Assembly (NCBI GenBank): GCA_902471075.1 | Contig: CABRIW010000008.1 | Coordinates: 54,225 to 118,224 of the forward strand | DNA length: 64,000 bases | Direction: 5' to 3' | From: an uncultured Barnesiella sp. | GTDB taxonomy: Bacteria > Bacteroidota > Bacteroidia > Bacteroidales > Barnesiellaceae | In this document: piece by piece, positions 1 to 10,612 of the stretch | Numbering within the stretch: the stretch's first letter is position 1 | Layout: every line of letters begins with the position of its first letter | Notes under the pieces: model-generated | Seen by the model: only the letters and a program-made list of their open reading frames with translations | The model's database searches: none | Told to the model about the DNA's origin: nothing | Translations under genes and position numbers: made by a program

Positions 1-426
1 TGAGCTCCTTCTTTGTAGGACAAGGTGCGAATCTCGACCTTCTTCGAAACCATGAAGGAGGAGTAGAAGCCCAAGCCGAAGTGGCCGATGATGGCGTTGG
101 CATCGTTTTTATATTTCTCCAGGAACTCTTCGGCACCCGAGAAGGCAATCTGGTTGATATATTTGTCTATCTCTTCGGCCGTCATGCCTATACCGTGGTC
201 GGAGATGGTGAGCGTGCCGGCCGCCTTGTCAATCGAAATCGATACGTTCATCGCACCCAGCTCACCTTTGAAGTCGCCAAAAGATGCCAGAGTCTTCAGT
301 TTCTGCGTAGCATCGACGGCATTGGATACCAGCTCTCTCAAGAATATTTCGTGATCGCTGTACAAAAACTTTTTGATAACGGGGAAGATGTTGTCGGTTG
401 TAACCCCGATAGTACCTTTTTGCATG
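1..426 (-). CDS. htpG: Molecular chaperone HtpG (Hsp90), N-terminal part; the gene continues beyond the window start
   Basis: Minus-strand translation from the ATG at 426 gives MQKGTIGVTTDNIFPVIKKFLYSDHEIFLRELVSNAVDATQKL...HGIGMT...GHFGLGFYS, the GHKL ATPase N-domain signature of HtpG. The ORF runs off the window edge. Confidence 0.85.
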
Positions 427-469
427 GTTATATGTTTTTATTGTTACAATTTTCTACTCGAAATTTTTT

Positions 470-498
470 CAAAAAAAATGCCAGACTCAAAAAGTCTG
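470..498 (-). terminator. Rho-independent terminator after the clpC-like gene
   Basis: Hairpin cagact-caaaa-agtctg, followed on the minus strand by a T-run (plus-strand aaaaaaaa at 471-478). It lies between the clpC-like gene stop (528) and the htpG start (426). Confidence 0.5.
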
Positions 499-527
499 AC
501 ATTTTGGCTTATTCTCTTTCTGTCGTG

Positions 528-3089
528 TCACGCCTCTTTCTTCGAGTCGATAATCGACGAAACGATTTTGTGATTTTCCTGGTCGAAGTCGACCCGTATC
601 GTATCACCCTCCTGAACGGTAGCCCGGATAATCATCTCGGCCAACTCATCCTCGAGATATTTCTGGATGGCCCGTTTCAAGGGTCGGGCACCGAACTGCA
701 CATCGTACCCCTTCTCGGCAATGAAGTTTTTGGCAGCATCGGTGATTTCGAGGTGATACCCCAACGTCTCTACCCGTTTGTAGAAGCCGCTCAATTCCAA
801 GTCTATAATCTGGAAGATGGCTTTCTTGTCGAGCTGGTCGAACATGACGATGTCGTCGATACGGTTCAGGAACTCGGGCGAAAAGGCACGGTTCAGAGCC
901 TTTTGGATGACACCCCGCGAGTAGTCCTTCTCCGAAACGGTATTGGTCGAGAAGCCTACGCCCTGGCCGAAATCCTTCAACTGACGGGTACCGATGTTCG
1001 AGGTCATAATCAGAATGGTATTCTTGAAGTCGATACGGCGGCCCAGGCTGTCGGTCAACCGACCTTCGTCCAAAACCTGCAACAGCAGGTTGAAGACATC
1101 GGGGTGAGCCTTCTCTATCTCGTCGAGCAGTACGACCGAATAGGGTTTGCGACGTACCTTCTCGGTGAGCTGGCCGCCCTCTTCGTAACCCACATATCCC
1201 GGAGGGGCACCAACGAGACGCGACACGGTAAACTTCTCCATGTATTCGCTCATATCGATGCGGATAAGGGCATCTTTCGAGTCGAACAAGTATTCGGCCA
1301 GTTTCTTGGCCAGGTGCGTTTTACCTACACCCGTCGGTCCCAGGAACATGAAGGTACCGATAGGCTTGTCGGGATCCTTCAGGCCTACGCGATTGCGCTG
1401 TATGGCCTTCACGATTTTATCGACAGCCTCGTCCTGACCGATGATTTCGCGCTTCAGTTCACCCGCCATGGCCAGCAGTTTGTTACCTTCGGCCTGGGCA
1501 ATACGCTGCACGGGCACGCCGGTCATCATGGCTACCACCTCGGCCACCTTCTCTTCGTCGACAATCTCGCGGTGTTGCTGCATCTGTTTCTCCCAGTTGT
1601 CTTTGGCCGTCTCCAGAGCAAGCTGCAACTCCTTCTCCTTGTCGCGGAAGCTGGCAGCCAATTCGTAGTTCTGCGATTTCACGGCGTTTATCTTATCCTC
1701 GCGACAGGTTTCTATTTGGGCCTCCAGGCTCTCGATCTCCTTCGGTACCGTGATGTTCGACACATGTACCCGGGCACCGGCTTCGTCCATGGCGTCGATA
1801 GCCTTGTCGGGGAAGTTCCGGTCGCTGATGTAGCGGTCTGTCAATTTGACACAAGCCTCCAGTGCACCGTCGGTGTAGGTCACGTTGTGGTGGTCTTCGT
1901 AGCGACCCTTGATGTTGTTGAGAATCTGCAGAGTCTCTTCGGGAGTCGTAGGCTCGACCATAATCTTCTGGAACCGACGCTCCAAGGCCCCGTCTTTCTC
2001 GATATTCTTGCGATACTCGTCGAGCGTGGTGGCACCGATACACTGTATCTCGCCCCGCGACAAGGCCGGTTTCAGCATGTTGGCTGCATCGAGCGAACCG
2101 GTAGCACCACCGGCCCCCACAATGGTGTGTATCTCGTCGATAAACAGGATGATATTGGGGTTCTTCGAGAGCTCGTTCAAGATAGCCTTGATGCGCTCTT
2201 CGAACTGTCCGCGATACTTGGTGCCGGCCACAATCGATGCCATGTCGAGTGAAATGAGCCGCTTGTCGAACAACACGCGCGACACCTTGCGCTGAACGAT
2301 TCGCAGTGCAAGTCCCTCGACAATAGCCGATTTACCCACACCCGGCTCACCGATGAGCACCGGGTTGTTCTTCTTCCGGCGGCTCAATACCTGGGCCAAC
2401 CGCTCTATCTCGGTGTCACGACCCACAACCGGGTCGAGACGGCCCTCTTCGGCGGCCTTGGTCATATCGGTACCGAAGTTGTCGAGCACAGGCGTATCGT
2501 TGCCGCTGCGCTGTGTCGCAGCGCTGCTGCCACTGCCGCCTTGCTGTTCGCGGCGATAGTTGCGCTCGTCTTCCATCTCGTCGTCATCGTCGTCGGTAAA
2601 TCCGGCGCCCATACCGCGAGGCGAGGGGTGTTGTTCAGCCTCCTCCTCACCGGCCACCTCACCTTTTAAAAAGGCCGACACCTCGTCGTAGGTAATGTCG
2701 TTCGTATGCAGAATTTTCGCTGCCGGAGAATCCGATTCTTTCAAGATGGCCAGCAACAGGTGCTCCGAGTCGGTCTCCTGGCTCTTCATAAACCGAGCCT
2801 CGAGCATACTCATTTTCAGCACTCTATCGGTGCTCTTGCTGATAGTCAGCTCGTTCGATTGCTGTTCCATGTGGTTGTTGGAAGCGGATAGTTCATTTTC
2901 CAGCGAACTCTTTATCGTGCGAAGAGAAGCACCCAGCCCCACTAAGGCATCGACGGCCCGATTGGAGCCATCGCGTATAATCCCCAGCAACAGATGCTCG
3001 GGAACGATGTTGGAATTTTGAAGGCGTTCGGCTTCCTCCCGGCTGTAACCGAGAATCTCCTTTACATGTTGTGAAAAGTTTCTTTCCAT
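528..3089 (-). CDS. clpC: Clp/Hsp100 AAA+ chaperone with two Clp N repeats, two nucleotide-binding domains and a short middle domain (ClpC-like)
   Basis: Track ORF 528..3155. The N-terminus [13 protein letters not shown]...[10 protein letters not shown] matches the ClpC/ClpB N-domain. Walker A motifs GEPGVGKS and GPTGVGKT are present. The middle domain of about 70 aa is short, which favours ClpC over ClpB. I chose the start at the ATG at 3089; the longer track start at 3155 adds 22 non-conserved residues. The ClpB versus ClpC call is not certain. Confidence 0.8.
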   Translation of the reverse strand: MERNFSQHVKEILGYSREEAERLQNSNIVPEHLLLGIIRDGSNRAVDALVGLGASLRTIKSSLENELSASNNHMEQQSNELTISKSTDRVLKMSMLEARFMKSQETDSEHLLLAILKESDSPAAKILHTNDITYDEVSAFLKGEVAGEEEAEQHPSPRGMGAGFTDDDDDEMEDERNYRREQQGGSGSSAATQRSGNDTPVLDNFGTDMTKAAEEGRLDPVVGRDTEIERLAQVLSRRKKNNPVLIGEPGVGKSAIVEGLALRIVQRKVSRVLFDKRLISLDMASIVAGTKYRGQFEERIKAILNELSKNPNIILFIDEIHTIVGAGGATGSLDAANMLKPALSRGEIQCIGATTLDEYRKNIEKDGALERRFQKIMVEPTTPEETLQILNNIKGRYEDHHNVTYTDGALEACVKLTDRYISDRNFPDKAIDAMDEAGARVHVSNITVPKEIESLEAQIETCREDKINAVKSQNYELAASFRDKEKELQLALETAKDNWEKQMQQHREIVDEEKVAEVVAMMTGVPVQRIAQAEGNKLLAMAGELKREIIGQDEAVDKIVKAIQRNRVGLKDPDKPIGTFMFLGPTGVGKTHLAKKLAEYLFDSKDALIRIDMSEYMEKFTVSRLVGAPPGYVGYEEGGQLTEKVRRKPYSVVLLDEIEKAHPDVFNLLLQVLDEGRLTDSLGRRIDFKNTILIMTSNIGTRQLKDFGQGVGFSTNTVSEKDYSRGVIQKALNRAFSPEFLNRIDDIVMFDQLDKKAIFQIIDLELSGFYKRVETLGYHLEITDAAKNFIAEKGYDVQFGARPLKRAIQKYLEDELAEMIIRATVQEGDTIRVDFDQENHKIVSSIIDSKKEA

Positions 3090-3301
3090 AAACAAATCTG
3101 TCTCCTTATTTGATTTAGCAAATATACCACCTTTACGCCAAAAATTGGCAGGCATATATTATTTCTTGTGTATAACAAATAATATGCCGAATTTTCCCGT
3201 TTGCCGAAGATTATTTATTGAGGGAGATACCTCGGTTTTATCAAAAAATTGGTATCTTTGTACGCTAAAGAATCAATGTATAACCAATTTTTCACTAATA
3301 A

Positions 3302-5800
3302 ATGATTGACCAGGATAGAATTCTAAAGATAGACATCAATCAAGAGATGCAATCGGCCTACATCGATTATTCGATGTCGGTAATTGTAGCTCGAGCCTTG
3401 CCCGATGTGCGCGACGGCTTCAAGCCGGTACACCGCCGGGTGTTGTTCGGTATGGACAAGCTGGGTAACACATCGGATAAACCTTACAAGAAATCTGCGA
3501 GAATCGTCGGTGACGTATTAGGTAAGTATCACCCGCACGGCGATTCGTCGGTATATTATGCACTGGTACGTATGGCCCAACCGTGGTCATTGCGTTACCC
3601 CTTGGTCGACGGCCAGGGTAACTTCGGTTCGGTCGACGGCGACAGCCCTGCCGCCATGCGTTATACCGAAGCTCGACTTTCGCGCATTGCCGAAGAGACG
3701 CTTCGCGATATTGAGAAGGATACGGTCGATTTCACCCCCAACTTCGACAATACGCTCGAAGAGCCTACTGTATTGCCCACCCGCATACCGCAACTGCTGG
3801 TAAACGGGGCTTCGGGTATTGCCGTAGGTATGGCTACCAACATGCCGCCTCACAACCTGTCGGAGAGTATCGATGCTTCGGTCGCTCTGATCGACAACCG
3901 CGACATCACCATCGAAGAGTTGATGCAATATATCAAGGCTCCCGACTTCCCCACAGGGGGTATCATCTACGGCTATGCCGGTGTAAAAGATGCTTTCGAA
4001 ACCGGTCGCGGCCGTATCGTCATCCGTGCCAAAGCCGAAATCGAGGTAGACAGTTCGACGGGTCGCGAATCGATTATCGTATCGGAGATTCCCTATGCCG
4101 TCAACAAGTCGGAACTGATTAAGAAAATTGCCGACCTGGTCGAAGAGAAACGTCTGGAAGGTATCTCGAACATCAACGACGAGTCCGACCGTGCCGGCAT
4201 GCGCATCGTTATCGAAGTCAAGAAAGATGCCAACGCCAGTGTAGTACTGAACAAACTGTTCAAAATGACCGACTTGCAGTCGTCGTTCAGTGTCAACAAC
4301 ATCGCACTGGTACACGGTCGTCCTCAAACCTTGAACCTGAAACAACTGCTCGAGGCCTTCGTTGACCACCGTCACGAAGTGGTGCTGCGCCGCACCCGAT
4401 TCGACCTGGCCAAAGCCGAGGAGCGGGCACACATACTCGAAGGACTTATCATCGCATCGGACCACATCGAAGAGGTAATCAAAATCGTGAGAACTTCGCA
4501 GACTCGCGAAGAGGCCCGCACGCGCTTGATGGAGCACTTCTCGCTCAGCGAAAAGCAGGCGCAGGCCATTGTGGATATGCGCATCGGTCAGTTGACCGGC
4601 CTCGATCAGGACAAGCTGAGAAACGAGTATGCCGACATCGAAAAGATGATTGCCTATTATCATCAAATATTGTCCGACGATGCCGTCTGCATGAAGGTAG
4701 TGAAAGACGAACTTATCGAAATCAAAGAGAAATATGGCGACGAGCGCAAGACCGAAATCGTATACTCGTCCGAAGAGTTCAATGCCGAAGATTTCTATGC
4801 CGACGACGAGATGATTATCACCATCTCGCACATGGGCTATATCAAACGTACGCCGCTCTCCGAATTCCGTGCACAAAACCGGGGTGGAGTAGGGGCCAAG
4901 GGCAGCAACACCCGCGAAGAAGATTTCATCGAGTATATCTATCCCGCTTCGATGCACAACTACATGCTCTTCTTCACGCAAAAGGGTAAATGCTACTGGC
5001 TCAAGGTATACGAAATACCCGAAGGAACCAAGAACTCCAAGGGCCGGGCTATTCAGAACATGCTCAACATCGACTCCGACGATAAGGTAAATGCCTTCAT
5101 CCGGGTGAAACGGTTGCAAGACCCCGAATACAACATGTCGCACAACCTGCTCTTCTGTACGCGCAAGGGTATCATCAAGAAGACCAAACTCGAAGCCTAT
5201 TCGCGTCCCCGTCAGAACGGTGTGAATGCCATCACCATCCGCGAAGACGACCAGGTAATACAAGTACGGCTTACCACGGGCGACAGCCAGATTGTCATTG
5301 CCAACCGTCACGGCCGGGCTATCCGCTTCCACGAAAGCGCCGTGCGTGAAATGGGACGTAATGCTACCGGTGTAAAGGGTATGACCCTCGACAACGACGA
5401 CGATGCCGTAGTAGGAATGATTTGCGTAAACGATCCCGAGAAAGAGACCATCATGGTAGTTTCAGAGCAGGGATACGGCAAGCGTTCGCTCATCGAAGAC
5501 TACCGCATAACCAACCGCGGCGGCAAGGGTGTGAAGACCCTGAACATCACCGACAAGACCGGATACCTGGTTGCCATCAAGTGCGTAACCGACGAGAACG
5601 ACCTGGTTATCATCAACAAGTCGGGCATCACCCTGCGCATGAAGGTAGCCGACGTACGTGTCATGGGCCGGGCTACGCAAGGCGTTCGGTTGATCAACCT
5701 CGAAAAACGGAACGACGAGATTGCCTCGGTTTGCAAAGTCTTGTCGGACAGTGTCGACGAAAACATGCAGGACGACAGCGTCACCGAAATTGCAGAATAA
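3302..5800 (+). CDS. gyrA: DNA gyrase subunit A
   Basis: 832 aa. N-terminus has [30 protein letters not shown] with the catalytic Tyr region, followed by C-terminal beta-pinwheel repeats. It is divergent from the clpC-like gene. Confidence 0.97.
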   Translation: MIDQDRILKIDINQEMQSAYIDYSMSVIVARALPDVRDGFKPVHRRVLFGMDKLGNTSDKPYKKSARIVGDVLGKYHPHGDSSVYYALVRMAQPWSLRYPLVDGQGNFGSVDGDSPAAMRYTEARLSRIAEETLRDIEKDTVDFTPNFDNTLEEPTVLPTRIPQLLVNGASGIAVGMATNMPPHNLSESIDASVALIDNRDITIEELMQYIKAPDFPTGGIIYGYAGVKDAFETGRGRIVIRAKAEIEVDSSTGRESIIVSEIPYAVNKSELIKKIADLVEEKRLEGISNINDESDRAGMRIVIEVKKDANASVVLNKLFKMTDLQSSFSVNNIALVHGRPQTLNLKQLLEAFVDHRHEVVLRRTRFDLAKAEERAHILEGLIIASDHIEEVIKIVRTSQTREEARTRLMEHFSLSEKQAQAIVDMRIGQLTGLDQDKLRNEYADIEKMIAYYHQILSDDAVCMKVVKDELIEIKEKYGDERKTEIVYSSEEFNAEDFYADDEMIITISHMGYIKRTPLSEFRAQNRGGVGAKGSNTREEDFIEYIYPASMHNYMLFFTQKGKCYWLKVYEIPEGTKNSKGRAIQNMLNIDSDDKVNAFIRVKRLQDPEYNMSHNLLFCTRKGIIKKTKLEAYSRPRQNGVNAITIREDDQVIQVRLTTGDSQIVIANRHGRAIRFHESAVREMGRNATGVKGMTLDNDDDAVVGMICVNDPEKETIMVVSEQGYGKRSLIEDYRITNRGGKGVKTLNITDKTGYLVAIKCVTDENDLVIINKSGITLRMKVADVRVMGRATQGVRLINLEKRNDEIASVCKVLSDSVDENMQDDSVTEIAE

Positions 5801-5826
5801 ATTGTTAATCCTAAAATAAACACGCA

Positions 5827-7116
5827 ATGAAAAAAACAACATTAACCGCAGTATTACTGCTTTCAGTCATTTGCGCATTTGGCCAAAAGAAAGCTGTGAA
5901 CCGGGCTTTCAGCGAAGCAAAGATGGAGAATCCCAACTTCCAGGAGGCTCGTACCACCATTCAGGGTGCACTGACCAATCCCGAATCGAAAGACGATGCC
6001 AAGACTTGGTATGTGGCCGGTTTCATCGAAAATACCTATTTCGAGAAAGACAATGTTCAGAAAACATTGGGTATGACCTTGAAAGACGGCGATGGCCCCA
6101 TGTACGACGCTCTGGTAAAGAGCTACGAGTATTTCCTGAAATCCATCGCGCTCGATACGCTGCCTAACGAAAAAGGGAAAGTAAAACCCAAATATGTAAA
6201 AGACATCCGTAAAACGCTGAAACAAAACATCGACGGATTTGCCAATGCCGGTGTGTACTATTTCACGCAGAAAGACTACAAGAAAGCCTATGACGTGTGG
6301 GGTATCTATCTGGACATTCCCAAACTGTCGATTATGAAAGGTGAGAAAAGCGGACTTCCGGCCGACTCGACCATCGCCATTCTGGAGTTCAACCGGGCTC
6401 TGGCTGCCCTGCAAACGCAAGACCATGCTCTGGCTATCAGCGCACTGAACGAAGCTAAAGGTAACGGCTACAATCAGAACGACATCTACAAATATCTCGT
6501 TTACGAATATGAGCAAACTCAAGACACGGTCAATCTGATTCAAACCCTTCAGGAAGGTGAGAAGCTGTTCAAAAACGAAATGGTAGAGGTTAAAGACGAA
6601 ATGGGCAACACCGTAATGGACGAGAACGGCCAACCCAAAATGCAAAAGGAGAATACCTACACGTTGAAGCTGATCAACCTCTACATCTACAGCGGCAAGT
6701 ACGACGAAGCTATCGCCACGCTCGATGCCATCCTGGCCGAAGAGCCCGACAAAGCCGAGTACTGGAATGTAAAAGGTAACCTGTACGAGTCGCAAAAGAA
6801 ATACGACCAATCGATCGAGTGCTTCGAAAAGGCTATCGAAATCGATCCTACCTATGCCGATGCACTGGGTAATCTGGGTCGTATCTACTTCAACCTCGCC
6901 GTGCAGAAAAACAACGAAATCAGCTCGATTACCGATAACGTAAAATATGCCGAAGCTCGCGAAAAAGAGGTAATTCCTCTGTTCGAGAAATCGCGTCCTT
7001 ATTACGAAAAAGCATACGAATTGAAACCCGGTGAACCGGACTACAAGTATGCTTTGCGTAACATCTACTACAACCTGAACGACGCCGAGAAACTGAAAGC
7101 CATCGAAGGTCAATAA
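5827..7116 (+). CDS. TPR-repeat protein with signal peptide
   Basis: MKKTTLTAVLLLSVICAFGQ signal sequence. Multiple tetratricopeptide-like repeats (YYNLG..., AEYWNVKGNLYE, ALGNLGRIYF). Confidence 0.8.
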   Translation: MKKTTLTAVLLLSVICAFGQKKAVNRAFSEAKMENPNFQEARTTIQGALTNPESKDDAKTWYVAGFIENTYFEKDNVQKTLGMTLKDGDGPMYDALVKSYEYFLKSIALDTLPNEKGKVKPKYVKDIRKTLKQNIDGFANAGVYYFTQKDYKKAYDVWGIYLDIPKLSIMKGEKSGLPADSTIAILEFNRALAALQTQDHALAISALNEAKGNGYNQNDIYKYLVYEYEQTQDTVNLIQTLQEGEKLFKNEMVEVKDEMGNTVMDENGQPKMQKENTYTLKLINLYIYSGKYDEAIATLDAILAEEPDKAEYWNVKGNLYESQKKYDQSIECFEKAIEIDPTYADALGNLGRIYFNLAVQKNNEISSITDNVKYAEAREKEVIPLFEKSRPYYEKAYELKPGEPDYKYALRNIYYNLNDAEKLKAIEGQ

Positions 7117-7138
7117 TACTCACAATCGATAAAACAAA

Positions 7139-7176
7139 AAACAGCCCCTCCTTTTCAAGAGGGGCTGTTTTTTGTT
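7139..7176. terminator. Bidirectional rho-independent terminator
   Basis: aacagcccctc-cttttcaag-aggggctgtt with an A-run before and a T-run after. It serves the TPR gene on the plus strand and the small ORF ending at 7203 on the minus strand. Confidence 0.75.
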
Positions 7177-7202
7177 TGTTAACCACGCACAAGGCAACTA
7201 TG

Positions 7203-7454
7203 CTACCACTGCAAAAGATCTGTACCTTCGAAAAATGCACGACCACGGACCTCTATGCAATTCCGTTCCTCATTGTACCAAATGCGCATAGAGCGCCCCC
7301 TCATACTTCCCGAAGCCCTTTGAATATTGACTGTGGATATTTTCCGGTCGATAAACTCATGAATAATATCCCAATGGTCCACATGGGAAGTTTCATCATT
7401 GAACAAGTCACAAAGCTGATCTGCACTCAATTTCTTCAAATCGATATTTTCCAT
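7203..7454 (-). CDS. Small hypothetical protein of about 83 aa (the track ORF extends to 7541), second gene of the low-GC island
   Basis: ORF MENIDLKKLSADQLCDLFNDETSHVDHWDIIHEFIDRK...GRAFFEGTDLLQW. It uses AT-rich codons unlike flanking genes. A TATCTTTG -7-like box lies inside the longer 7541 extension, which favours the 7454 start. I recognise no family. Confidence 0.4.
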   Translation of the reverse strand: MENIDLKKLSADQLCDLFNDETSHVDHWDIIHEFIDRKISTVNIQRASGSMRGRSMRIWYNEERNCIEVRGRAFFEGTDLLQW

Positions 7455-7597
7455 TTGATCCTTCTTTTTTAATATGACATGAATCGAGATAGGGTGGAGA
7501 AATACACCCCTATTCAAAGATAAGAAAGAAGATAAGGACATGCAAAATTCCGGTGTATTTTTAATCAGTCCAAAGCAAATTCCAATAAAAACGTCGA

Positions 7598-8488
7598 TTA
7601 TTGTGGATATATTTTCCGAATATGCTGATATATCGCTTTTACTTCACACCAAAAATCATTCATACGCAATAGATCCGCCACGGAATAACCATGGTTATAA
7701 ACGCAGATTTCGTTGACGGCATGGCATATTTTCATGCTTTCGAGTTCTGGAATCCAGATTTTTAATTCGCCACAATCGCAAGCATTATCATAACGGTTAT
7801 CAAGTTCCAATTCTTTGTCCGACATTTGCGGTCTGTCGGTCTGTCGGAAACTCTTCGAGAATGAAGCCCCAGCAAGAGGGACATCTGCACACAAATCATA
7901 TATGACATTTATCATATAATTGAAATCCGATCCGTAATATGCTTCATCTCCGATTTCAGCAATAGATTCTTCCCCGTTATATACAAACCGCATATCTGCT
8001 TCTATCATAAAGTCATCATCAAATTCCTCGTCTATGCCAGAGGCAAGGTATTGCCTGTAAGCCTTTGCTCCTTTCATATACATTCGATCGGAAAGTTTTT
8101 TCAAGTAATCGTTGACTTTTCTGAAATGTTCCAGGCCCATCGGATCTTTTCGGAACAGCATATCAAGGCAATAACGTCTTGATTGCAAAAGATTTTCCAG
8201 TTTCCCACGATTGATGTCAACCGGAACATCCACCCAATCTTTTTCCTTTCGAGGTCCGATAATGGTCTTGATATCCGTTTCAATCGTCAGGAGTCTTTTC
8301 CTGAGCTTTTCCGTATTCAATTCAACAACTTCCCGGTTACAGGAATACGTCAATTTTTTTGCCTCTGTTGCTTTCATAGATTTAACACTTCTGGAATAAC
8401 TATTGAAATCAGACACCGACAATGTGTGGATTTCTACCATTGCATTTCCCATTTTTCTGTTACGAATATAGTAGTACGGATATGCCAA
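7598..8488 (-). CDS. Hypothetical protein, 296 aa (alternative starts at 8452 or 8440), first gene of the low-GC island
   Basis: Long ORF with a strongly AT-biased codon set (AAA, GAT, TAT, AAT) that contrasts with the host genes. It has an acidic stretch DEEFDDDFMIEADM and a C-terminal Cys/His cluster NACDCGELK...KICHAVNEICVYNHGY. No signal peptide and no recognisable domain. Confidence 0.55.
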   Translation of the reverse strand: MAYPYYYIRNRKMGNAMVEIHTLSVSDFNSYSRSVKSMKATEAKKLTYSCNREVVELNTEKLRKRLLTIETDIKTIIGPRKEKDWVDVPVDINRGKLENLLQSRRYCLDMLFRKDPMGLEHFRKVNDYLKKLSDRMYMKGAKAYRQYLASGIDEEFDDDFMIEADMRFVYNGEESIAEIGDEAYYGSDFNYMINVIYDLCADVPLAGASFSKSFRQTDRPQMSDKELELDNRYDNACDCGELKIWIPELESMKICHAVNEICVYNHGYSVADLLRMNDFWCEVKAIYQHIRKIYPQ

Positions 8489-8497
8489 AACAGAACA

Positions 8498-8539
8498 TAG
8501 ATATAACAGTTCCGCGGTTTCTGTTATCTATGCTGCAAC
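8498..8539. promoter_or_regulatory. Perfect inverted repeat immediately upstream of the 296-aa ORF
   Basis: catagatataacag-ttccgcggtttc-ctgttatctatg: 14 bp arms (12 bp perfect) with a 12 nt spacer, 10 bp upstream of the ATG at 8488. Confidence 0.4.
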
Positions 8540-9235
8540 TGGCTCATGTAAACCAAAGCCGGAAAGAGAGTGTATAGGAAAATTGCACAAAACAGCGTGA
8601 TTCCCGCAAGCCAAATTTAAGAGAGGCATGCTTCAAACACGTCAAGCAACAGCCCAATATCTATAACAGAAAATAGCAGAGCCGAAAAGCAACAAAAGAC
8701 GTTTCCGTCTATGGGAATGGCGAATAGTGAGAAATACACCCATGAAAACAGGATCGCTATTTATGGGGTAAAATAGTTATTCATCGTTTGCGAATGTTTT
8801 TATTCCTCTCAATTACAACACTTATATCGTCATCACACCACAGAATGTAAATCTCATCCGACACTTTCACTTTCTTCCCCCGATAATCTATTTATCATAA
8901 TATAAATTATAGGACAAATATAAATGGACATTTGTTACGGGAAGATAAGCCCCTCCTAACAAAAGTCAAGCCTTGTTTGGGTACAGGAGCACTGACTGAA
9001 ATATACTAATAATCAACTATATAAATTCGTTCTACTGCTCCAGACATACGAGTTTGCCTGTTGCCATGCAGTTACCGTCTATTTAACCGATTACAAGGCG
9101 TACAAAATCCGAAATCTAAAATGCAATTCTATATATGCCTGTGTCTCTGCACAAAGCAGTAAAACATCAGAGGGGCATTCGTATTCCATTTATTATTTGC
9201 TATCCCTGAAGAAGCTCAATACAAAACTCTCGCCT

Positions 9236-9409
9236 TTCACTATCTTTGCTTCAGATAAGATGCGGCTCAGTATAAAAATCAAGCGAGCTTGTTTTTCTAC
9301 CTTCGACTTTCTTTATCTTTGGATAAAACAGGATGCGGCTCGGCATAGTTCAAAGTTGAAAACTGTGTTTTCCTTTGCCTCGGCTCTCGCCTTTGTGTAT
9401 CTTTGTTCC
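9236..9409 (+). promoter_or_regulatory. Tandem pair of promoter cassettes upstream of the methyltransferase gene (a degenerate distal copy and an intact proximal copy)
   Basis: The proximal unit, gatgcggctcgg...aaaactgtgttttccTTTGcctcggctctcgcctttgtgTATCTTTGttccATG, has a TTTG box, a 20 nt spacer and a TAnnTTTG -7 box. The distal unit starts with the same gatgcggctcag and ends with ctttctttatctttgg. Confidence 0.55.
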
Positions 9410-10612
9410 ATGAAATACCAGCGAACCATACAAGACTTCATCTCCGAATATGCCGATGCCGACACGAATCGTCTGAGGCTGATGAACATACAGGCCGATT
9501 TCGATGTATCGTGGGCCATTCTGCAAATCGAGGCCCGCAAAAAAATTCGCCACAAACTGCCGGCTTGGGCTGCTAACCCGAATTTGGTATTTCCTTCGCT
9601 CCTGTCGACCGAGCAATGCTCTTCCGAACTGACGGCCCGGTATAAGCAACAGCTCATCCTTCCGGGCGATTTGGCCGACCTGACCGGTGGTCTGGGCATA
9701 GATACCTGTTACCTGGCTCAAAAGGCCTCGCAGGTCGTTTATGTGGAGCGTATGACCGAATATTGCCAGGCTGCCCGTACTAATTTCAAATGGCTGGGAG
9801 CCGATAACATCACGGTGGTCGAGGACGACAGTACCCACTTCATACAGCATTGTAACCGCTGTTTCGACACGCTCTATATCGATCCGGCCCGGAGAGGAAG
9901 CGGCAACAAACGGATTTTTGCTCTCGACGAATGTGAGCCCAATGTGGTGGTGCTGATGCCCGAACTTTTGCGTCATGGACGTCGTATTGTCGTGAAAGTT
10001 TCGCCCATGGCCGATATTTCGGCTATTCTGACGCTTTTGCCCGAAGTCCGCGAGGTGCATGTCGTGTCGGTACGAAACGAGTGCAAGGAGTTGCTTTTGA
10101 TAATCGACTCGAATACTCCGGTCCAGGAAGGATTTGCAACGATTTACTGTGTCGACATAGATGCCACGGGCCAGGAATCTACATTCACTTTTAGTCTCGA
10201 TAAAGAGAAACACCTCCCCCACTCTGCCCCATGCGAAGCAGTGGCCCGATACCTGTATGAGCCCAATTCGTCTATTCTCAAAGCGGGAGCCTATAAATCG
10301 ATAGCGGCTGCGTATGGAGTCGATAAGTTGCAAATAAACAGCCACCTATATACATCGGATTGCTATTTGCCCGATTTCCCGGGACGAAAATTCGAGGTTG
10401 TCGAGGTTGTCGATTTCAACGCCAAGAGTGTGAAAACGGTGGGGAAACAATATCCCCACATCAACCTCTCGACGCGCAACTTCCCGTTCACGGCAACCGA
10501 GCTGCAAAAACGGCTCAAGTGCAAAGACGGCGGCGAATTTTATCTCTTTGCCACCACCCTTGCTGATAATCGAAAGGTTTTGATTATTACCCGCAAAGCG
10601 GTCAATGCTTGA
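9410..10612 (+). CDS. Class I SAM-dependent methyltransferase with THUMP-like C-terminal region
   Basis: Track ORF 9197..10612. I set the start at [10 protein letters not shown] (ATG at 9410), directly after the -7 box. It has the methyltransferase motif I-like [10 protein letters not shown] and the Bacteroidetes-conserved THUMP-like MTase architecture of about 400 aa. Confidence 0.75.
   Translation: MKYQRTIQDFISEYADADTNRLRLMNIQADFDVSWAILQIEARKKIRHKLPAWAANPNLVFPSLLSTEQCSSELTARYKQQLILPGDLADLTGGLGIDTCYLAQKASQVVYVERMTEYCQAARTNFKWLGADNITVVEDDSTHFIQHCNRCFDTLYIDPARRGSGNKRIFALDECEPNVVVLMPELLRHGRRIVVKVSPMADISAILTLLPEVREVHVVSVRNECKELLLIIDSNTPVQEGFATIYCVDIDATGQESTFTFSLDKEKHLPHSAPCEAVARYLYEPNSSILKAGAYKSIAAAYGVDKLQINSHLYTSDCYLPDFPGRKFEVVEVVDFNAKSVKTVGKQYPHINLSTRNFPFTATELQKRLKCKDGGEFYLFATTLADNRKVLIITRKAVNA

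Noticed and set aside
81-2252. 723-aa plus-strand ORF
   Set aside because: Antisense shadow of the clpC-like gene. The GC-rich opposite strand stays open. The translation is low-complexity and has no motifs.
3587-5332. 581-aa minus-strand ORF inside gyrA
   Set aside because: Shadow ORF of gyrA. GyrA homology on the plus strand is unambiguous.
5863-7113. 416-aa minus-strand ORF
   Set aside because: Shadow of the TPR lipoprotein gene. No signal or domain features.
8489-9235. Possible CRISPR array or tRNA in the AT-rich spacer
   Set aside because: No regularly spaced direct repeats and no cloverleaf-compatible segments. Only isolated palindromes.
9350-10345. 331-aa minus-strand ORF
   Set aside because: Shadow of the SAM methyltransferase gene.
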